A stretch of DNA of 64,000 nucleotides from Owenia fusiformis (lineage: Eukaryota): the NCBI GenBank assembly GCA_903813345.2, contig CAIIXF020000001.1, positions 29,574,001-29,638,000 on the forward strand, read 5' to 3'. The translations under genes and the position numbers were made by a program. The notes beneath the pieces are model-generated. The model was not told the DNA's origin and did not search any database. It saw only the letters and a program-made list of their open reading frames with translations. Below are positions 27,601 through 39,476 of this stretch, piece after piece. Each line of letters opens with the position of its first letter. Position 1 is the stretch's first letter.

Positions 27601-29371
27601 TTCTCATGTTCAACTTTTTCAAAAATGATTTTAACATTTGCAATATTTGCTGTGGTATTATTTTCTTCTTGATCCTTCTCAGTTATAATCATGTTTTCAA
27701 CTTCATATTCAACATTTGCTACAGATTCAATTTTGTCATCTTCATTTAGTTTGACTTTTCTTTGGTTGTTCATTGTTTTCTCATACATCACATCTCCTAC
27801 TCTGTTGATCACATTTTCTAAAAACAAAACAACTTTATCAGAGTCATTTTCACCAAGTGATGGCTCTTGAACCTGAATCTCATTCTGATAACAATCTGGT
27901 TGTGAAACAATTTTAACTTGAGTAAGTTCTAACTGGATTGACTGAACTACAGCTTTGGCTGGTTTGGGAAGGAGTTCATCTCTATTATGCTGAACAGTGT
28001 TGGCAACTTCATCTGTTATATCCTCTAGGAATTTTGAGGCAGTTTGAACTGCATTAAGTTGATGACACTCTTCATTGCCTTCTCTAATATCTTCTTCCTC
28101 TTGATTAGGCTCACTCATATCTTCTTGTATTTGTTGTTCAATTTTGTCTTCAAATTGATCATGTGGTATTCCTAAGGGCTGGTGTGCTAGACTCATATCA
28201 GCCATTTTAAAGAAGTCGATAGCTGCTGAGGAATATTTTGTCCTGTCGTGAGTAGAAATGTTTTCAACGTGTTCCACTTTGACAGAAATATCTTCATTCA
28301 CTTGCACTTTTTCTGAATCAGCCATTTTATTATCACTTCCAATCTTATCATCACTTTCAAGCTGATCATCACTTTCAATCTTACCATCACTTTCAAGAGA
28401 ACCCAATGTATGACTGCTTTGCTGTGAAGATTTCTCAATTTTATTTGTCATTGTTATCAAAGACGTTTCATCTATTTTCTTCACCATATTTGTTAAGACA
28501 TTTTTCACTCCATCAAAGATGTCTTCGAACATTGCTGTTGATTTATTTGAATCTAGAATCTCATTTACATCATCATACATTTCAACTTCTGGTGATTTGA
28601 CAACTTCTTCTGTTGATATATCATCTTTAGTTTGGATTATTTCAGCTGAAATTGTGACTTTTGACCTTTCATCAATGACACTATCACATATAACATCCCT
28701 CCTTTCACATATGGCTTCTGATCCTTCAGCCATGACATTTTTCATTTTGTTCATTGGAAATTTTTGTTCAGCTTCATCTGCTGTATTGCTTATGGCAACC
28801 ATGTCAAAACATTTGTTGGTAGGTTTTGTGTTCTCTTCTATATCAACCATACAGCTCTTACCTGTTGTAATGGCTTCCAATACACTATCAATTATACCAT
28901 TCACTATATCACATGATTCAGTACAGACAGTTGTACCTGTAACATCTGGTACAGAATGAGCACTGAGCATATCGAATACTATAGCAAAGGTTGCTTCATT
29001 GTCAGCTGATCTTAGATTACTTAACAATACTGCATCAACCCGCTGTAACTTTGGTTTATCACTCGAAGCTATGGGTATGTTATCATAAGGTTCTGTGTCT
29101 TCCATAGGTTCAGTGTTATCTAAAGAATATTGGCTAATTGTGTGTTCCTCTTCAATGACTGGAGATGAGATATGGACGGATAAATCACAATCATTGTTTG
29201 TCTTTTGTTGCCCTGAAGATCCTTTTAGTTCAGTCATGTTTAAATCATTATCAGCTTTAGTATTTATGGAGTTCTTTTGTTGGTGAACATACACATCATT
29301 CTTCAGGGTTGCTTCAGATTGATATATATCACTTTGATGAAATAACGACACTGAAAGGTATTTATTCTCAT
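21631..29371 (-). CDS. RAD51AP2: RAD51AP2-like protein: exons 29371-26181, 25829-25712, 25218-25114, 24667-24575, 21758-21631 (stop TGA 21633-21631)
   Basis: All junctions are GT-AG with consistent phases (0,1,1,1). The last exon reads CAPESLNNVTPLKTCPRSIRLGLSKNSRPGPLHKNFQIPFKR*. As recalled, human RAD51AP2 ends ..[29 protein letters not shown]... The giant exon encodes >1000 aa of acidic, low-complexity sequence. Start is uncertain: ATG 29237 gives ~1166 aa and ATG 29420 gives ~1227 aa. Confidence 0.75.
21832..22008. repeat. Two adjacent near-perfect hairpins (21832-21927 and 21946-22008), probably a non-autonomous element
   Basis: GTTATTGAATGATTTGAAGCGCAATACAGGATATATTCTG pairs with CAGAATATATCCTGTATTGCACTTCAAATCATTCAATAAC. 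TCTGTATTGCTACTGAGATTGTCCCC pairs with GGGGACAATCTCAGTAGCAATACAGA. Confidence 0.85.
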
Positions 29372-30382
29372 CTGAAAAAAAAATTGTATAACTTATACCA
29401 CGGTTCTCTTGAAAGCCCATTGGATTACTAAGGATGCATGAAGAACTTTATTCTTATTCTGGAGGTTACCAAACAAATTTCCAAAAAGCCATTTATACCT
29501 CTATCAGATGACACAAAGGAATGGATTAGAATCTTATAAGTCAAAGTTTAGATTTGTTTCAATTGAAAAAGTAGACATGCAAAATTTGAAAACCAATACA
29601 CCCAAGAGAAAGCCCATGTTAGTAGAAATTACTGCTGAAGCTAGGATTCCTAAAGGGAGGGAGTAGTGAGGCAAACTTTTTATCAACGAGGGAAACACAC
29701 ATCTAGGAATTCACGTGGGGGAATGAAGAGAGACATTTTTTTTTGTAAATGAGGCAAATGTTTTTGTCAATGAGGCAAGTACCTATATAGGGTACAGTCA
29801 TGGATAATGGGAAGTTCTCCATACATCTCCATGTTAAGCATCTTGAATCATAATTCATAATTAGCACTATCGAAAGGTTATACTAATATCCCGATCACCT
29901 CTTATGTGTTTTGAATTTTTTTGTCACTGGATAAGACCAAATCTGGTGATTCAAAATCTGAAGCGGGAAAATATTCAAAATGGTGGCATTTGAATTTGTA
30001 ACTTTGACATCCTTTAGATCGGACTGTTCACTCATGATGGATGGAGCAAGGAACAATTCTTAATTCTCCGATGTGGTTCATTAGACAAGAGCAATAATAT
30101 AGAATTGTCACGGTCATATCAGGATATCACGATAACACTACCACGGCACGGTCATGGCAGGATCCTTGCGAAACTTAAAAACACTGAATAACATGGTGAC
30201 GGTTGTGCCAGGTATAAGAAACAGATAGAATGCAAGTCGAGATGTATTTCCGATAAGAGACATGTATGAATGCAGTCTGCTGCAGTGCAGACGAAATTTT
30301 TCTTTTCCAAATCATCAATAGAATCGATGATCAACGCATTTCATCCTTCCAATGTTCCACGTCAATGTGAAAACATACTTAC

Positions 30383-30625
30383 TAAAATCTTAACATCAAG
30401 TGGAATAACTCCTTTCACACGGAAAGCTCGCCAAAAGAAGAAGAATTAGAGAAAAATATTTTCAAATTTCGTACCGGAAGTAGCTTGGATCAAATTAAAC
30501 CGGTGCATTGTGGGCATTTCTTGCTGAGAGAAACAACAGAAAAGTGACAAATATTTCTTTCAGTAATTGGCTATTTACCACAAACGTACGTGTTTATTCG
30601 CCTATTCCATTATCGCAAGTGACGG
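30383..30625. promoter_or_regulatory. Putative bidirectional promoter and first non-coding exons of the RAD51AP2-like (-) and CYRI (+) genes
   Basis: ETS site ACCGGAAGT at 30473-30481 and STAF/ZNF143-like TGCATTGTGGGCA at 30504-30516. Outward-facing GTAAGT donors lie at 30626 (+) and 30382 (-). Local CpG enrichment. Confidence 0.55.
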
Positions 30626-31010
30626 GTAAGTGCATTGATTATATACATAGAGCTGAAACAGTTTGGATTTTCATGATTTTAATCATTATGAGCGTTCAAA
30701 TATTGAGAATCTGAACTGAGATTTCTTTGGAGTTTATTTTCTCTAGGCTAGAGCCTAGGGCAAAGATGTTTCATTCTATATTCTACAATGAGTGCTTCTT
30801 ACCCATGTTGATCTACTGTAAATGGATAAGGACTTTCTGATAATTCAGTTTTGACAGTTACGGTGCGGTAGTCATGGAATTCAATTTAGATCAAGTATAT
30901 CTCTGAACAAGTTGAAAAGTTTTCAGGATTTTCAAGTGACATTTTGCCAGCCTGTCAGATTTTCATTCTCGCAATAACAAAATCCAAGTTTTCTGCTTGT
31001 GCCTGTTTCA

Positions 31011-31305
31011 TACCCTTTGTATTGGTCATTCGACTTTGCTTCTTAAAAGAGAATTTCGTCTTCACTCTTTCAGTTTACAATAATCTCTGAACTGAGCCAT
31101 TCTCATAGAAATACAGGCGACTTTCTATATGTAGTAATTTCCTCTGACATCATCACATAGTTATGAGCACGCATTTAGCATGTGTTCAAGCTCACTGATT
31201 GGTTGAGAAATGATCAGCTTGGTAGGTTTGAAATGATTTATGACCTGGGCTGCAGTCATGGGCATAGGTCGGTAGAGGGTAGTTTACAACTCTGCACGCA
31301 GGGAA
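31011..31305 (-). mobile_element. Older, diverged copy of the TACCC 9-bp-TSD family
   Basis: TACCCTTTGTATT...CTTCTTAAAAGAGAATTTCGTCTTCACTCTTTCA...CTCTGCACGCAGGG; CTGTTTCA on both flanks. Confidence 0.7.
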
Positions 31306-34300
31306 CTGTTTCACTATTTCAAGAATCTCTATCAAACCACCTGACATAATTTTGTTTAATTATTCATTTTTAGCAAATCAGCCATTTTACTTATATTTCA
31401 GCCATTTTATTTGCTAGTGTCTACTGTTAATACTGGCGGTTATGTATTTTATATTAAACGTTGATGGTTTTGCAAGATGTTCTCTTTGTCCCTTTCAGAA
31501 ACCAGACAGATTATTGCATAAACTTAGAATATGCCAAGTTGGTACACTTGTACCATATTTTTTTTAAGCTTATAAGACCCATATACATGTATATTCCATC
31601 CATTTAAGCTTAGAGAGTCGAGTCTGCAGAAATATTACAGATGTTACCAATTATTGTTCTTTTATTGTTTCAAAATTACTGTTGAAATACAAATTACAGT
31701 ACTAGCACTACACAATTATAATTATTAGGTTTAACTACTCACAATGGCAGTAAATTGATATTTTTACTTGGTTGATTATTAGATTGTAACATTATGACAT
31801 TTCTCTCTGCCTCCCATGTCTATTGTCTCATGTTACAATAATTGATTTTATGGCAGATATATGTCTGCATTTCTTTGTAGCATACAACCCATGAGTTTGA
31901 TTTTATCAATATTCTTCCTGGTTTGCTGGTTATGTTGTTCCCGCAATATTCTTTCTATATTATGTTTGGGAATATTGTAACAATTCCCAATCATGTAATA
32001 AATATCAGTGATTTCCCCAGTGCTGCACTAGTACCTTGTCATTCTGATACTCATCACATCTTTCTGTTTCACATGAGAGAAGAAATGAGATGTCATGGTT
32101 TTAATTATGATACCTTGTTAAAATCTGAAAATAACATGGTACCGTATTGTAGAAAATCTGTCAAAGGATGAAAAATAGAGATATTAAGACCAAAATCTAG
32201 TAAAATTAGGATTTAGCACCCTCTTGAAAAAATCCTGGGTGTTAGATCAGTGAATACATTATCTGAAATTATCATTCATCTAACTATTAACTGTATTTTG
32301 TTCAGCAATTCTTGTTATATAGCATAATGATCTTTGGGTCTCATTTATACTTGATTTATGTGCTAATCAGGCGATGCATGTCACATAGAAGTTTATGACA
32401 GATCAATAGTTGAGTTGCGGGGAAAGAAGCTTGGAACGACTATCTCCTCATCCAAAAGGACTCGTTCATTATTTTTCAGTCATAAACTGACCAAGTAGGG
32501 GGAACAAGTACACCAGTAATTTGGAGCTGGTAAATTGGTACTAACTGCTGACAACATTCTGCTGAGTACTGAATTATTGGAAGTTGATTTGTAAATCTGG
32601 TAAAAAAATATTTTCAACTCAAAGAACAGTAAAACCTGGCTGTATAAGTAGAATGCCTTTGGTACCTCAACAAGTGTATCATTTATGGATGTATAGTAGA
32701 AAGAGCTTTAAGTTGAACACCTGTAAGTAGAACACCTTACAATTGGAACTTGTGGCCCATTGACTCCATGTTGATGAAGTTCCCTGTAAGTGGAACACCT
32801 CGCACTTTTTGTGGTCCTGAGGGCCACTTATACAGGTTCTACTGTATTCTACTTGATAGGTTTTACTGTATCTTGTTAATTAGGAATTAAAGAGGAAGTC
32901 AAACAGTTGTTTGTCTTTCAGTGTAGTACATGATAGTACATTGCACTGTAGTTGATCAGCATGTATAGAACTGTAAAAGAAGCAGTAAAAATAGAAGTGG
33001 TCCAAGTTGTGGAGAAAACCTGAGCTAGAAATGGTTTGAAAAGTTCAACCAGAAGTTTTTTAAAATGGATGGAAGAAATTTGTCTGAAATCACTTTTCCA
33101 ATCATATAATTTTAAAATGCTTGAGCTAACACTTATGTATATCTGGCCATATTGTTTAATGCAGCTTAAAACTTAATGCAGCTTAAAACTGACTTTTAAA
33201 TGTCAGCCATTATTGATGCCGAAGTTGACCATATTATTATTCAATGTTCTCCTTGTGTCATTGTCAATACCACGATGTCCAAACTATTTGCTACACCACT
33301 AAAAAAATTGTCCCTAGCATGAGAAACTTAAATTAGGCCTGCCATGAAACTTCAAATAGATATGTACAGCTCTTGAATACTATCACTAGTATTACAGGCC
33401 ATGTCTTTGAAATGTCACCATGTCTTTTCATATATGATAAAAACTTACTGTCCCAAAAGAGATAAAACATGTGTCTTAGTCTCTTAGATAAGTTCAATGT
33501 ACAGGATTTTACTCCTAATACTAATACTAAGGAAGTACTTGTGCCATATGGCTATATACATGCTGCATCATAAAGTTGTAAAACTGTAAAACACCTGATT
33601 AAAAAAAGTTTTTCATTGCTTAAGGTAGTGATTCATTCATACATTGTTTGTTGTTTGTTAATATCAGAAGAACAAACATATAAGGCCTGTGCGACCCGAA
33701 AAGCAGATATATCAAATGTTTATAGTTCAAGTTTTCAAATACAGTAGTTTAGTTTAGTTAAACACAGTTGCCACAGTTGTATTGAATTTTATTTTCTGGT
33801 GAGTATGTTTTTAGCGTTGGTTTCTTCATCCATGGGTCAATAGTATAATTGGTCATGTTTTCTTGGGGCTATACATTTACTATAGAAATGAGTATGTTAT
33901 ATTGTTAGGGACAACACAATATCAGTTTTTCATGATTGATCAATAACTTTTCTTTTAACCACATTTTGTATTAAAGTTCTGAATATTTCCTTACATGGCA
34001 AACAATAGGTTCTTGAATACTCTTCTCTATAATAAAAATTCTGCTTGAGACGAGATATTAAACTTATTATCACAAATATAATTATTCATACATTCTGAAG
34101 TGAATCAAGTCGACTATCAGTCTCTATTATATCTGATTGCTGTAGCAATTGTCTTTCAATATGATTCCTTAAGAGGTGCATAGAGCCATCTCCATTTCAA
34201 TTTCTCATGGGATTTGTGGATACAAATAAATGCAAAGGCAGGCGAGATGACCATTATACATCCCAATGTGATTATGTGGATATTATAAATTTGTCTATAT

Positions 34301-36248
34301 CCATCTGGGATTTAGATTAAAATGTGTCAAACTGACACTGCATTAAGTTTTTTCTAATACGATCAATGATTCAGCCATGTCCATTTTCCATTCATGGTTA
34401 GTATGTTCATGCATGTTAACATTCACCAGCCTTTAACGTAAATTGTTATTTTGATTCAGCAGAGAATATCATCTTCGCACGCTCGGTCTTCTCTTCAATG
34501 ACGGGAGCCGAGTGAATGAAGATGAGAGAATATCATCTTACTCACTTGAGATGTTTTTGCCAACTTAACATGAATGAATATTAGAAGCCTTTCCACGTAG
34601 ATGAGCCACTTTAGTACCTTGTCTTTTCGATGTTATATGTCTATAAAATATAAAGATGTTGTATCTTTGTCAAGTACGTTGGGGTGTAATCTACATTAGC
34701 GATGAAATAGAGTGAAATACCCTAAGAATGGGTTCTCTAAATGATACACATGGCATTTATTTACTCATCAGGATTTTGTACATGTACATCCATAATTTTA
34801 TTTGTACAATTTATTGACATTTTATCCTTTACAATTTTCAGTGAAGTAAGAGCACGCCCTGCTTCCCACATCAATACATTATGGATGACACTCCCTTTTT
34901 CTTTGAAAAAACATATTGAATCAATCCTTAATTTACTTTACTATTAACTCTACAACTTTATGTATGTGTTAAGTTTCTAACAAGATCAGTCAGATGTTAA
35001 TGATTTATTTATTAAAGCCAATGTTAGCATTGCACTCTTTGAATAATCATTATACAAAATTACATGCTAGATAAGAGTCAAAATCAAAAATAAATCGATT
35101 GAATCCTGATGTCTGCCAGTTCACATTGCTTTGTCTGACATCCCAGTCTCCATGGAAGATGTGGTTGCCTTGGTAACCTTACTCCATCAATCATGTTCTA
35201 CCTTTATGTTTTACAGGTAGCCTGAGAAACACAAGTCCATATGGAACCAAGCACTTCAGAGCACACTACCTTGGATATCTACTAATGGCACAGATTGGAG
35301 GGATCTGAAATCATCCCAGGGTCACAGTATTGAGGATTGAAAATCTGCTCAGAATTACATTATATTATTTTTTGAACAGAAATTTTCTCAGGATAGATTT
35401 ACACTGTTTAGGATCACTGAGGATTATTGATTCAAAGATAGAGGTTCCAGCTCAGAAGTTTTAAGGTAAGTTTCTTAATCATCAGAGGTATAGTCCTTGT
35501 ATCTGCATTAAAACCTGTCTAATCCAAACTCCTCTGGGCAAACGTTTTCAGATTAGCAGGTGTTTACATTTCAATGTTTCCAAAATATCTGAGTCAATGG
35601 GGAGATGACATATTTGGGACAGAGAAAATATGTTCACATTGAGTGGTGTTCGGATAAGAGAGGTATTCCGATATACAGGTTTCACTGTATTCCCTTCTAT
35701 ACATAATATGATAGTGTACCATGTTTCCATGTAGCTTTTTAGAATCAGAAAGTGCTTGGGCGAGATTGTGGAGAAAAAAACAATAAACAAACAGCAATTG
35801 ATAATTAACTAAAAAAAGTGTTGAACAACCAAAAAATGATATTTAAATCAGCCTAGAACTTCCTGAATGTGCTAGATAAGATTTGTGGTTTATGTCGATT
35901 TGATTGATTGCTTAAGTGCTCATCCAACTGTTAATCCCATTTTAGCATTACCCAATTTTCTAATCATGAATAAAGAATACCATGCAATTTACTGCATTAT
36001 AAATCACCACACTGGGATTATAGGCTTATTACATATGGGAAGAGGAAATTCAAGGTTGCATTATTGGATTTGTGGTATCTGAAACATGAGACATTTACCA
36101 GAAAATAATAGTTTTGAAATTAAAACAAAAGGAAATACATTTCATAAAATTTAGGAACTTAACCCAAGACAGGCAAAGGGAAGTATAAATAAGGAAGGCG
36201 GGACATTCGTCAAATTTATTCCTGAATGTTTGAGTGTTTGATTGCTAA

Positions 36249-36987
36249 TTATCCCAACGAACGAAGTTCGTTAGGGATATAGTGAAGCCCTCCGTCCGTC
36301 CGTCTGTCCGTCAGTCAGTCAGTCAGTCAGTCCGTCCGTCTGTCCGGAAGATAACTCAAATACTAGTTGACAGATTTTCTTCATATTTAGTGGAAAGATG
36401 GCCGCCGCTTTAAAAATGACGAGACTTTTTTGCAAAAATCATAAATTTTTCATCCTAAACCAAAGTAATTAATATTATTGTTTGAAATTTTGGTAGTGTA
36501 TTCACAACATTTATCTTTTTCACATATATTCCGTGTTTTTCATCCTGACCCCCAGGGGCCATGTATGGGGGGACAGGAAAACAGAAATTTTTGCTAATTT
36601 TTAAATCTTTCTGAAGTATAGCTTTATTATACTCAAATGAAAGGCAATTAAGAGTAGATTGCAAATATTGTATCTTTTTTCTGATTCCAGCCTCGTAAAA
36701 TTCAAAATGGCCGTCTAATGTACGATTTCGCAATAATTTTTCGATCCCTTCAAAGTATGGCTATATTATACTCAAATTGAAGGAATTTTGGAGTAGATCA
36801 CAATTATGGTATTATTTTTAAGATTTGTACCTCAGAAAATTCAAAATGGCTGCTTTGCAGGAATTCGCAATTCTAAAATCTAATTTTTTCATTTTCAACC
36901 AAAGTAATGAGTATAATTGATTGGAATTCGGTAATTGATATTTTGTTCGTTGGGATTTGCTACTCCGCGGAGTTGCCGTTATCTAGT
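36249..36987 (+). mobile_element. Helentron-associated non-autonomous element (HINE/DINE-1-like)
   Basis: SubTIR ATCCCAACGAA (36251) and TTCGTTGGGAT (36946-36956), a 5' inverted repeat, a (GTCC/GTCA/GTCT)n microsatellite at ~36291-36345, internal ~120-bp repeats, and a 3' stem-loop GCTACTCCGCGGAGTTGC. Confidence 0.78.
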
Positions 36988-38177
36988 AATGTCTATCGAT
37001 GATATTGTGATAATAATGTCTCTATCATAGATTATATTTCATTATTTGTCTATGTAATGAATCCATAATAGATTTGATTACATGCATCAGTGATCAAGAT
37101 AGAATCAAATCATTTCCAGGCGCCTGGTTTCTCCGTAATGAATACACCTGTAATTAATAACTCAGGTGAGTTTGACAGAACAAAGGTGTACTACATCAGG
37201 TGCTAATATAGGTGAAATGATCATCATGTATTTAGAATCATTTCAAGAGTATTTCCAAGCTGTTGCCATTCACTAGAATTTCATTATAGTCAAAAGAGGG
37301 GCAATCTTGAGAGCAAAATATAGTTGTCAAGTATGGAAGCTTATCTTTATTGTAGAGTTCAGATAATAAATAATACGCTTTTTTGATAATAAATAATAAA
37401 TGCTGTCCTCATCGGAAGGAAACTTAAGATGATAGGCAAAATAGATTTCACTAAGAATAGGGATCTAGGTGTAGCATCTTACTGGAATGTAAGTATATGT
37501 ATTTTGTACTCATTTGGGAAAAATGAAAAAATAGGATAAAAAAGAGCAATAAGATACTCAGCAGTGAAATGTAAATATAAGATGTTTTGTATTTAGGCAG
37601 GAGGTAGTAGGAAGGGACCTTTTATCTTCAGTTATCCAGGTAGATGCCCTTACAAATAATTTAAATGTTTTCAAAATCAACACTAACCAAGCCTCTGGGA
37701 CTGTAATGGAGAATGAGTGCTCATGTTTTATTGAAGAATATGCTTTTGTTCAAGTTTTGGGATAATAAAGGGAGGATGTTGACAGGTTGTTAGAGTAGCT
37801 TTAGAATATAGTGTTGATAGTATTAAGGGCAGGATACAGCTGGTACAGAGACCATCATGGTTCAGCTGTCTTTGTTGTTTAAAGCCCACCAGCAGAATGT
37901 TCTTCAGTGATAACTCCAAGTAAGGTGCTAATATAGAGATACCTAGGGAGTAAAGATACCTGAGGACAGATGTCGAATTTTAAACTAACATGATATTCTG
38001 AATTCTTGAGGTTATGCATTGCTTTCATCTTTCCTATCTTGTTATGGTTCGTTGATGCAAATACAGTCTAACACACAGAGTGATAATAGCTCAGAATTGT
38101 TCATCCTCTTTACAAACACAAATTCTCAGCATTGTGCGTATATTTGGTAATGGTCTTCTTTGATCACTTTTGTAGAG

Positions 38178-39476
38178 CACGGTGCCCATGTCAAGCTGCG
38201 CGCCTACTTAGGCGCGCAGTTTGTTTCGATCACAAACTGCGTGCCTAAGAACATTGGATCATTTAAGTTGGAGTCTGTATTTTGAAACGTTATTTAAAGA
38301 CATTTATCCTGCATTGTTTTCTTGTTCAATGCGTTCATTCTGTGGCGAATATACGAATCTTGCAAATACTAGCAAAAACTGTGTGCAAATGAATCTTAGT
38401 TTTAAAACATAAGCAGATTAATGGCATTTTCGTCACTGATTTAATGGGAATTTATACGTAAATCGATCTAGCACTTTAAACATAAATGACAAATACTTTA
38501 GACTCGTTTTATATTTAATTCCTTAAACATTTATCATGTTTAATTCAAAATATTTCGAAATAAAACAGATAATCAGGAGATTAAAAAGAAATAAACCACA
38601 AACTGCGCGCCTATTTTAGCCAGAAATTACAATCTGTGCGCATACACTATTAAAACTACATATTATCATTGGAATTTCTACAGAGGTACGTGTAGGTGTT
38701 TTCGATGTAGCTTTGGAAATTTTGCTTTATCGTCAGATTTTATGAGATTTTCATATTGAAAGTCAAAATGTATAATAGAAGTGACAATTAAGTTGGGAAC
38801 GAAAAAAACATTTATTTTCAGATCACCATCTTGGTGGATGGACTCTCATAGTGTTTCAATTATGGGGTTCTACTATTAGACACATATGTGCCTTGTATGG
38901 CGTAACGCCATACAAGGCACATATGTGTCTAATAGTAACGCCGTTTATGTTTTCTAATAATACAAAACAAGCTTGGATAGGCAAGCAGTTTTGAAATATT
39001 AGGCACGCAGTTTGTGAAATACATGTGAATATAGGCGCGCAGTTTGACAAGAAAAATGTTTAAATCACGTTTATGGCGTATTATCGTTTTGAACACAAAC
39101 TTTGCTGTTTTAATCAGATGGAGTGATCCTATATATTCTAGCATACACAGACACAATGGCAGAATAAACGGCAAATGATGATAAAAAGACATAGATATAA
39201 CTTTACACTGTAAATTTTGAACACAGAAGTTACTTAAGACCCTTATATTGAGATAACTAGGTTTACATCGGGAAAAACATTGAGTACTATGAGTAAATTA
39301 AGTTCATCTTCACAGAATGGTACTATCTTTAGAACGAGACTAACCTTGTATTTTTCGTATTTTGGCTCTTTTTGGGAGTCGTGTCCTCCCCGTCTCACAT
39401 TTTGAAATATGCGCGCAGTTTGTCAGAGTTTCAAACTGCGTGCCTAGTAGGCACGCTGCTTGACATGGGCATCGTG
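38178..39476. mobile_element. Non-autonomous Transib-like element (CAC...GTG, 5-bp TSD TAGAG)
   Basis: TAGAG|CACGGTGCCCATGTCAAGC ... GCTTGACATGGGCATCGTG|TAGAG. About 8 internal AAACTGCG(C/T)GCCTA-type motifs occur in both orientations. Confidence 0.8.

Noticed and set aside
26154-29420. 1088-aa ORF as a stand-alone single-exon gene
   Set aside because: A strong donor at 26180 and in-phase downstream exons show the VRNKVWIL tail is intron read-through. The first ~16 aa overlap an acceptor-like tract at 29372.
29890-30334. Short minus-strand ORFs as first coding exon of the RAD51AP2-like gene
   Set aside because: No donor with the phase 1 needed for the 29371 acceptor was found, and no recognisable motif.
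32627-32868. Regularly spaced AAGT(A/G)GAACAC repeats resembling a CRISPR array
   Set aside because: Eukaryotic context, short degenerate repeats inside a multi-copy MITE, no cas genes.
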